DNA of 64,000 nucleotides from Thalia democratica. Lineage: Eukaryota. The stretch lies in NCBI GenBank assembly GCA_965202585.1, contig OZ241827.1, forward strand, positions 63,054,001 through 63,118,000. The letters are read 5' to 3'. The notes under the pieces were generated by a model. That model ran no database searches. It saw only the letters and a program-made list of their open reading frames with translations, and was not told where the DNA came from. How positions within the stretch are numbered: the stretch's first letter is position 1; every line of letters begins with the position of its first letter. Below are positions 51,167 to 59,990 of the stretch, one piece after another. A program made the translations under genes and the position numbers.

Positions 51167-51826
51167 TTAATCGTGAACTTGTATTTTACGCAACTTATAA
51201 GGTTGGCTTATTTTATTTACTGGCTCATTGTAAATAATGTTTCGCTGCTGATATCGCTTAAGATGACGTATATTTTTAAATGGTTTACTTGTGGACGAAT
51301 TATTGTTTACAAGTAATGAACTTGAATTGTAATTATTTTTAGAAGGATTGATACAATCTGTATTGTCAATAACTTCAGAATTTTGATACGGTTCCTTGGG
51401 ACGTTGTTTTTTTTGCTCGTTATTGACTATATGCGTTTCTGCACTTGTCATATTAACGGATTTTACGGTCGGCACGGGTAGCCTTTCCACAGTCGAAGGC
51501 TGCTTTGTTATGACGTCACAATAGGCTTCTGCGCTATTAACCTCGTTACTATCTTCAACCGGCGCGAAAGACGTCGACTGTTGTTCAGCATCAACCTGAA
51601 CATCATCTGTCTTGCTAAAATTTTCTGACTCTGTTGACTCGTTTCCCGATTTAAAAGAAGTCTTAAGGTTACTAATATCGCCGCTAAGGTGCTTTAACGC
51701 GGTTGATTCTGAGTCGAAATCAGTTTGCTCAGATGTTTTAAACACACAGCCGACTGTCTTAGCAAGAGGTGGCTCTCCCCTCTCCTCCCTACCTCTTACT
51801 GTCGGGAGGAGGGGTGCCCGTTTTTT
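51167..51826 (-). CDS. -1 frame ORF2 fused to Gag by programmed frameshifting; about 217 aa, low complexity, no Pol catalytic motifs
   Basis: The frame opens just upstream of the slippery site and runs KKRAPLLPTVRGREERGEPPLAKTVGCVFKTSEQ...NIRHLKRY...PYKLRKIQVHD*. It is S/T/E/N/K-rich and has no DS/TG protease, YxDD or D,D35E motif. Confidence 0.6.
   Translation of the reverse strand, partial: KKRAPLLPTVRGREERGEPPLAKTVGCVFKTSEQTDFDSESTALKHLSGDISNLKTSFKSGNESTESENFSKTDDVQVDAEQQSTSFAPVEDSNEVNSAEAYCDVITKQPSTVERLPVPTVKSVNMTSAETHIVNNEQKKQRPKEPYQNSEVIDNTDCINPSKNNYNSSSLLVNNNSSTSKPFKNIRHLKRYQQRNIIYNEPVNKISQPYKLRKIQVHD
51761..51826 (-). promoter_or_regulatory. -1 programmed ribosomal frameshift signal (slippery heptamer plus H-type pseudoknot)
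   Basis: A_AAA_AAC in the Gag frame (51826-51820), then a 5-nt spacer. Stem 1 is CCCCUCCUCCC (51814-51804) paired with GGGAGGAGAGGGG (51789-51777). Loop AGUAAGAGGU (51800-51791) is complementary to downstream ACCUCUUGCU (51770-51761). Confidence 0.8.
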
Positions 51827-53340
51827 TGATTAAAGGGGCCCTGCCGGTTATGAAAATTTTGGTTGTTTGGGGAATGCCCTTGACTATGAAAACTTTGATT
51901 GAATGGAGGCCCTTGACTTTGGAAGTTACTTGGACCTTGGGTATACCCTGAATTATTATATCTATTGTTAACCTGAACGGGGTTCTGGTTAAAAACTTGG
52001 CCGTTTGGTGGCATTATATTCTGATACTGCATGTGGTTCGGCTGAACGTTGCCGAACCCCATGTTATTGTTCGCTACGTTCTGATAGTTTACATTACTGT
52101 CGTAACGCGTGTTTTGATTATTATAATCGTTTTGTTGATCGTATTCAACTTGATTACTTTGATTATGTCTATAAGGGCGACGCGAAGATTGCTGTACATG
52201 CGAATTTTTATTATTATTTTGTTTCTTTTTATAAAAATTCTGCGATCTTTGCTCATAACGAAATTCTTGAGCTTTTTCTAGAATCTCCGAGTGAGATCCA
52301 GAATATATCTGTTCAATTTTCACTAAAAAATCGTCTAATTTAAGCGTAAAAGCTTCTTCAACTTTCTTTTTTAGTTCGATTGGACATATAGCTGACATAA
52401 AATACTTTATCATACTTCCCTTATCAGCTTTAGACAACTTTTCAGCTAGGCACTTATCTGACTGGAAAGACGCCTGCCCTAAGGTACTCTGTTTAAATCG
52501 AAGTATGTGTGGCAAACTAGATTTTTTGCCAATAAGATAAGTTTTTAAATTAGGGTAGTTAAAATGACACTCGCTATTAGTTTCGCGAAAATCAATTATG
52601 TCATCTCGAGGCCAAATATGAATTAATAACTCAAGTTTCTCACGATCGCTATCGATATGAAACGACTTACAGCGCGACTCGAATAATTCGAGTTCCGCGC
52701 GAGGTTCCGAAATATTTCGAAGTTGTCTAAATAACTTCGCATTTTCGATTATCTTACGGCGCAATCGATCTTGTTCAGTTTCAAAACATCGAGCGCCGTT
52801 TTCTAAGTTATAAACATTGTTATTATCTGACAATGATTCTGTCATTAGCGCACGTAACTTGCTTCGTAAAGCGTTCGTGCGACGATTTTCTTTTATTGTC
52901 TTAATCCTTAGCTCTAATTCGCTTAGGCTAAGATTTTCTATATCGTCCTGCCTATTACTAAGGTGCGGACTAACTTGTACAATTTCAGCAGCGTTTCTTT
53001 GATAAATCGAAGAGGGCGAATTTTCTACGCTCGCTGTATACAAATCGTGCGTATTTTGTGGACGCAAAGAGGCGTTATAGTCCCCCTTTGCTTCTGGTAC
53101 GCTATTAATATTTTGTTGGTATGCGGAGGCATCTGTGCTCTGCATACCCGCTTCGCAATTCTGTCTTCTCGATAAGGTTTGCTTTTTGGTTATAAAAACG
53201 GGTTCGGACCCGGGGAGGACGCCACTGTGACGATCGCTCGGCCCTTCGGTACTTTCCCTAAACGGAGCCGGCGGTCGAGACTTCTCTGTTTCGCTAACAA
53301 CGGGTTCAGGCGCGTTGGCTGACTCAGAGCGAGTAGTCAT
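51796..53340 (-). CDS. gag: Gag-like protein (514 aa from the first ATG) with a capsid-like core and an N/Q-rich C-terminus
   Basis: Intact ORF in the gag position. The core ELFESRCKSFHIDSDREKLELLIHIWPRD...YPNLKTYLI...IKYFMSAICPIELKKKV resembles Gypsy capsid helices by eye. There is no CCHC knuckle. The track start at 53349 is a TTG; the first ATG is at 53340. Confidence 0.8.
   Translation of the reverse strand: MTTRSESANAPEPVVSETEKSRPPAPFRESTEGPSDRHSGVLPGSEPVFITKKQTLSRRQNCEAGMQSTDASAYQQNINSVPEAKGDYNASLRPQNTHDLYTASVENSPSSIYQRNAAEIVQVSPHLSNRQDDIENLSLSELELRIKTIKENRRTNALRSKLRALMTESLSDNNNVYNLENGARCFETEQDRLRRKIIENAKLFRQLRNISEPRAELELFESRCKSFHIDSDREKLELLIHIWPRDDIIDFRETNSECHFNYPNLKTYLIGKKSSLPHILRFKQSTLGQASFQSDKCLAEKLSKADKGSMIKYFMSAICPIELKKKVEEAFTLKLDDFLVKIEQIYSGSHSEILEKAQEFRYEQRSQNFYKKKQNNNKNSHVQQSSRRPYRHNQSNQVEYDQQNDYNNQNTRYDSNVNYQNVANNNMGFGNVQPNHMQYQNIMPPNGQVFNQNPVQVNNRYNNSGYTQGPSNFQSQGPPFNQSFHSQGHSPNNQNFHNRQGPFNQKNGHPSSRQ
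53207..53224 (-). promoter_or_regulatory. tRNA primer-binding site
   Basis: TGGCGTCCTCCCCGGGTC begins 1 nt after the 5' LTR and is complementary to a tRNA 3' end ...GAGGACGCCA. The isotype was not assigned. Confidence 0.75.
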
Positions 53341-53732
53341 TTTGGCCAATTTTTTGGCAACTTGTTTGGAATTCTTATCGCGCTACTTATCGATTAATAT
53401 ACCGCGAATGAATGGTCAAGTAGTATAAGTTAAAACACCAAAAACGTATAAACACAATTATTTATTAAAAGAACTCACAACATAAAATATAAAACACCAA
53501 ATACACTCTATAATCGTAAGTAAATGAACACAAATATAATATAATACTAAACTAGCAAAAAGTAAACACTGACTTTTGTCTATTCGTCTATGCGATCAAG
53601 AAGCGCATGCGATAAAAAGCATGCGATACAAAAGCGACGTAATCGTTCATGCGTAGTATATATAGTGCTTTAACAATCCCTTTTTCCCAATTCTCTCAAT
53701 TTATAACAGAGCATGTCTGTTAGACTGCTACA
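53226..53732 (-). repeat. 5' LTR
   Basis: 507 bp, TGTAGC...GTCACA on the minus strand. It contains the Gag start codon. Confidence 0.95.
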
Positions 53733-56700
53733 ACCTTATGAAAACATAACCTTTTTATTTGAATAAAAGTTACAGTTTAAAAGTCCGCTTTGCGGTGAAA
53801 CAGTGTAATTATGTTTCTTAAAATTATAAAATTTTAATTTTCAGTCTCCTTTTTGGATAGATTACTCTGTTAAAAATTTAGAGTTAAACTAAAATTTATA
53901 CATAATTAAAATTAAATAATATCACATTTATAATTTTCAAAGTTTAATTCCTAAAATTATTCTAAATTTCATTGAGAATTTAGGTAGTTTAAAATTAGGC
54001 CAACTTTTGCCTTTTTCGAAGTTAAAAACTTTTATAATTTTACCTAAAAGTAAGAACATGTTTAAGTTTTGTTTATTTTTTTTTATTTGATATTTATTTA
54101 GATATCTTATTCACTTTATAAATACTGATAAAAAACTTTTTCTGCTTTTTTACAATTTCAAATGCTATGGAAAAAATAACTACTATTTTCATACAATCTG
54201 CTTTATGAAACTACTTAATTAAATTTTCAAAAATGGCAGAAATTATTTTCTGAACTTACACAGAACTCACAACAAATTAATTTATTGTTTAAATAAGGTT
54301 TAAATTGCAAAAATTTTGTAAGTTTTGTTTATAAGTTTAGTTTAACTTGTTCTATATCATCTAAATGTTTTTCTAGCTTTTATCACAGATAGTCGAAAGA
54401 ATTGCAGTGTCTTAAAGTTACTTTAAAAAAGGTAAATATTGAGATATTTTATTGTTAGTTTCAACATATGAATGAGTTTAAGCATTTTTAAAAGTAATTC
54501 GGTACTAAATTGTGAAGTTTAGAATCTAAGTTTTGAAGTTTGTTTCTACATCTTTTTAGTTCTAGTTCATTTTTTATTACATAGTTTAACCTAACACATG
54601 TCATTATAATTGAAAATAATTCTAGTAATTTTAGCTTGAAATATTTTAAAGTTTTAAAAAAAAAACTGCAGTTTTTATTCTAATTAGTTATTTCTTTTAA
54701 GTAAAAATAAAAAATTTTTGAATGATATAAACAAGGAGCTAAACATTGGTTTAAAATAAAGCAATTATTTTAAACCTTAGTTGCTGAAGGTGTCAAAAAA
54801 AGACGTCAAAAAAAAACCTTTCCTTAAAAAAATAAAAATAGTTTTTATTATCAAATTATAAATTTAATCTATTTTTAATCGTCTATTTTTGATTTAAAAA
54901 GTAAACAGACATTTCAAAATTCAAACATTTTTATATTTTAAAAATAATAAGTAAGGAATTAATTTTATATATCATGCCTATACCATCAGATACTAAACCT
55001 TGTTTAATTTTTTAAGAAATCCTTCTTAAATTTTTCCTCAAACTTAGATAGTAAGACACGTTGCGTAGAACAAATTCAGAACTTTTAACTTTTCGAAAGT
55101 TAGTTTTGGATTAGTACTCTTGATATTTAAAGTTTAAGTAGCAAGTGTTTGAGGCTAGTGGTTCTAGATAAAATATTAAGGTGCAATGTAAAACAATAAA
55201 AATGTATATATTTCACTAAACTTTTTCTTGTTTTTATGCCTAACAAGATTACTTAACCAGTTTTTAACAAAAGTTTATTTTTTGACACGAGTATTCTAAC
55301 TATTAAAGTTTAAGTAGCAATGTTTAAAGGTGTAGAGGTTAAAGGTTATTAATTGTAAAATATTAAGGTATAATGAAATCAAAGTAAAATAAATGTCAAT
55401 TTTTCACTATTGTTGTTCTTGTTTATATATTTTTTAAGCTTCATAATTAATTTTCAGTATAAGTTAAACAAAAAAACCATGCTTTGAAAAACTAGCTCTA
55501 TTTTATCGTACCAAAACAAAACATAATTTTAGTAAAAAAACTTTCAATGTTTTAATAGTTTTATTTAATATTTTTTTTAAACTAAACAATTCACTGACTT
55601 TTGTCTTACTCAGTACGTCGTTTAGATAAAGATCTAGAAGACATACATCTGAAACTTTAATCCATTAACATCTTAATTAAACTTAAAACATTACCTTATA
55701 AAAACAGCTATTACACTGAGAATAGATAATTGAAAAGAAAGCTCTGAGATTCAATATAAAAAGACGAGGTAAAGTAAGTATAACTGTACGCGGAAAAAAA
55801 GGAGAAACTTTTTTTTTGTAAATTATTTGAAAGTACATAAATAAAATATATGTTTTTTAAATTTAAAACGCCCGACATAAAAAAGTATTTTTTTTCATTT
55901 AATATTCACTTTTGTAAAACAAACGTTAATTTCAATAAAAATTTGAATGAATATTTTATCTGAACTTATATAAATTACTTTTTGTTTTATTTATATGTTT
56001 TTTTAAACTGAAGAACTTGATATCGAAGATGTAAAATTTACGAAATGTTTAAAGCTCTGGTAAAGTCTAAAAAAAACCATCAAAAATAGTTAATTTACTT
56101 GTGATTATTGGGAAAACATAAAAAAGTTGTAAAGTAACAAACTTTATAAAGCTTTTGGTGTAGACTTATTTATATTGGCTTTATTATGTAGCCCTCTGTA
56201 TATTTGGTAGTTACATTTGTATTAAATATAGTATTTTCATAGTTTTTTTAGTGTATAATTTACCATTATGTAATGGAGTAATACTAATTTATGTGAACAA
56301 TAATTTAAGTAAAATCATACCAATGTATTTAAAGACTTGTTTTTGAGTCTGGTGGGCTAGTTAATTTTTAAAATTGCTTTAACTGAAATGTAAGCTTACT
56401 TATCTATAAAAGTGAATTTTTTGGTAATATATATTTCATGTAAAGCTAAAGTAATATATTGCAAAACAAGTTCACTAAAGTTAATGCAAATTAACTACAT
56501 TTCACAAAATATATGTATTACATCTATTAATGACGATTAAACAGCTACTTTGTTTGTAAGCTACTTATGTTTTAGTTATAAGTTACAAATATGTTTTTTT
56601 ATTTCATAAACAAAAATAAAAGATTAAACTATTTAATAATAAGTCAAAGTTTAATTAACATATCACATGCTTTTAAAAATACTAACTAAAAAATCTAAAC

Positions 56701-57670
56701 AATATACATAAAATATATGTTTATATTCTTTTGCCTTTTAATAATAATCAAGCCAAGTAAACGTTATAGATATTTTAATGTTTACAATAATCGATATATG
56801 TGTAATTTTAAGCATTTTCAGATACAATTTTTTAACATTATTTATTTTATATTTAGCTTCAGTGAAGAGATACATGATCATAAACAGAGATAAATAAATA
56901 AATGTTTCAGTTTTTCTTGACATTAAAACTCAATAAAAAGTATTTAGTTTTATAAACAACTTTTATAAGATACACAATTTATTTTGCTTAAGTAACTAAA
57001 CAAACACAGTACTTACCAGTATAATAGTGTAATCTATATTTTAAACTTTAGTAAGAACAATATATTAAACTTTATAAACACAAAACACTTTAATACTTTA
57101 TTTGGGTCAATAACTAAATAATGTTGTGAATTTTTAGAAGGTAGGTTTGCAAGCAAAAACAAATATTATAGTACGTTCAAATCATCTTTGAGAAAATTAT
57201 TAAGTTACTATTTCATCAGTTTAAGTAATCTTATAAAGTAGTACATACTGAAAAATGATATAAATACTAATTTTAATAAGCTTCAGAAAAAAAAATGCTT
57301 ATTTTTACTAAGATAATTACTAATTTTAAGCACTTCTTTATGCTTAAACTTCCTTATGACTACTATATATATATAGATATATATAGCTATATTTGAAATT
57401 AACTATATCATAAATATCTTACTTGAAGTATGTGTATATCAAAAGATATTAATAATAGTTTTTTTTTTCTTTTATAGTTGAGTATATGTTGCAACTTTTT
57501 CTTAGTTTAGAAGACTTTGTTTAGCCTTAAAAATGCTTTAACAATTGAATCTGTTAGTACATAAAACGAATTCCAATTTCAGTAGGCTTCATTAAAAAAC
57601 ATGCATCGTTTTACTAAGATAATTACTAATTTTAAGCACTTCCTTGAGTTAAAATTTCCTTTTGACTTAA

Positions 57671-57674
<4 letters not shown>

Positions 57675-57714
<40 letters not shown>
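57675..57714. repeat. (AT)20 microsatellite
   Basis: Direct reading. The paralogous positions (about 40105, 41717 and 57363) carry only short AT runs. Confidence 0.95.
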
Positions 57715-57718
<4 letters not shown>

Positions 57719-59990
57719 CGAGCAATGTTTAAAAAAGCTATGTCGTAAATACCTCACTTGAGGTATGTCAAATGAGTATATCGAAAAATATTAATACTAG
57801 TTTTATTGTTGATTCTTTAGGTTATTTATTTGTTGGCAGATAGTTTATGAGATATGTTTTAATGTTTGTCTTAGTTTCAGATGCCATGTTTAGATTGAAA
57901 TGTACTTTAACAATTGAATCTGTAAGTAATAATAACTAATTCCAATTTAGTTTTTCTCGATTTAAGTAAAAACAAAAGTGTATAAAACCTGTCGTTCGCA
58001 ATTCTTAGATTTAGTGCTTCAAAATTGTTAATAGTCTACAGTTATTAGAACTTTATTGGTTACTACAACTTTATTTTAGCATTAATAAATTTACTCTTTT
58101 TATGTATGGTTCAAAAACTATAGCAGTACAAATATATCTATTGAATTGAAATAACTTTAAACAGTCATTTGGACTGAAATACTTAAAAGCATTATTCCAG
58201 ATACCTCTCTATATATGATGTCATAAAGAAAATCCAACTAACTAAAACATCAACATCATTTGACTCGTATATATACGAGCTTTGTTGAATTACACATTGA
58301 ACGAATAAGTTATTAACTGCAAAAAATAATTGTCAACTGATAACCCCCCCCCCTTATTTTGCTACAAAATATTTGTATTGTAAATATTTTTACACTCTTC
58401 TAAAACATTTTCTGAGGCAGTGGTCGTCAAGCTGATAAAATTCTGTGCACACTAAACTGCAAGAATAAATTTTGAGTTTTCTAAACTACGCCGCAAGTGG
58501 TAGGAACACGTAATCAACTTATATTTCTATACAAGGATACTGCAGAAATTTCTGCGCTTTGTTGTTAGAATCTAGCTAGTTTGTTTTAAAAACAAATTTA
58601 CTCAAAGTTACGGACTTCTTTATGTTCTTAATAAAAGTTGTTTCATTAATCTTGTTTTTACTACAATATTATTATTTGTATTGCTCAATACTTACTTTAA
58701 GAGTCACATAGAAAATGATCATTCTTAAAATACTTACAGAATTTAAGTGGAATTCGTTCCGCGAGAGGTAAAACTCACATTATATATTCTAGAAATTAAA
58801 ATGTGTATGAAAAAGATATAAACAAAAGTTTTTCTTATTTAATTTTTTTTGCTATTTATATGTTGTAACTTCTTTAAGTTTAAGATATTTTGTTTGGTTT
58901 AAAAAATACTTAAACAATTGCGTCTCTTAGTACATAAAACTATTTCAAATTTAATTTTTATTGAAATTAGTAAACATTAAAGTGTATAAAACCTGTTGTT
59001 TACATATCTCAGATCTAGAGCCTAAAAAAATCTTAACAGTGTAAAAAAGGTATATCTTTATCACTTAATGAATATATTGTGGTTAATTTTCTTTTAATAT
59101 TTTTGTTTAAAGTGACGCAAATCATAGGTGAGCAAGTTATTTTGTATTAGTGCAGATTCGAACAACTTTTGTTGATAAATGGTCGCAGTTTTAGTCGTGG
59201 GCTACGTCAGAACACTGTTTTTATTTAAATGTATAGTTAAAATATCAATATTTAATTCACAATAGTGGTTATAAATGAAGATTACGACTTTCATTAGTTT
59301 CCAGAAGTAAGTATTTCTCAAAACTCAGAAACTAATAATTTTTCTCGTATATTTAAATATAAAGTTATTACCCTTTAATAGCTTTTAGAGCCAAACAAAT
59401 TTGAAATGGGAACTCTGCAGATTAGTAATAACTAAAAGTTTATCATATTAGTATTTATACTTGATTTCATGAATTTTGATACCAAATCTTAGTAGTCTTT
59501 CATTCTTAGTTTTAGCTTGTTTGCTTGTTTTTGTTCAATATACCAAGTAAATTTTTGCAACTAAGTTTACTTGAGATTAAGTAATGTATTTCAAACAATT
59601 TAATCCATTTTCATTATTTTTAATGATTATTGCTATTTGTAATTGAAAAAGTATTAGAATTAGAACTGAATAGTTTTGAAAATATTCAATAAGAAAAGAT
59701 ATATTTTTGCTTACAAAGTTTGTAATTAAATTTCTTTTAAGTGAATTTTATTTAATTTAACTTGATTAAAAAGTGTATATTATTTAGATAAAGAAAATAG
59801 TAAAAGCTCAACCTAAAAACATCTCAACAAAATAATATGCAACTTTAATGATATTTTTTAATAATACAAATATATGATAAGATCACAGCATCAAATTATT
59901 TAGTACATATTTAATCATTTTTTCTCACTAGTTAAGAGGTATAACGTAAACAAAGTTGATTCTACAGTCTATTTTAAAGTTTACTGAAAA

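Larger units (their letters stand above)
47950..53732 (-). mobile_element. Young non-autonomous LTR retrotransposon (Gag-only, Ty3/Gypsy-like), 5783 bp
   Basis: Two 507-bp LTRs (47950-48456 and 53226-53732) with TG...CA ends differ at one base. A 4-bp TSD ACCT lies at 47946-47949 and 53733-53736, and the PBS is 1 nt from the 5' LTR. Gag is intact; no PR, RT, RH or IN motifs were found in the 4769-bp interior. Confidence 0.92.
39400..54600 (+). repeat. Segmental duplication, left copy (contains an internal 1.6-kb tandem duplication and two LTR insertions)
   Basis: Colinear shared blocks with 56.7-64 kb: caagtaaacgttata (39429/56754), ttgcttaagtaactaaacaaacacagtacttacc (39696/56985), the homeobox exons, the RTE fragment, the hairpin, and attactctgttaaaa..gttaaactaaaatttatacat (53861/63240). 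Boundaries are approximate. Confidence 0.8.

Noticed and set aside
51997-53175. Plus-strand ORFs opposite gag (and similar ones opposite the homeobox exons at 42992, 43071 and 60306)
   Set aside because: Antisense or alternate-frame shadows of real coding sequence.
58264-58279. Perfect 16-bp palindrome ctcgtatatatacgag
   Set aside because: The core is a TA run, and one such palindrome in 64 kb of AT-rich DNA is unremarkable.
40565-59210. CpG-containing motif gtgttagacgtagactatgtcgg upstream of all three homeobox copies as a conserved enhancer
   Set aside because: It is identical in the two left copies but has 6/23 mismatches in copy B, no better than the surrounding duplicated DNA.
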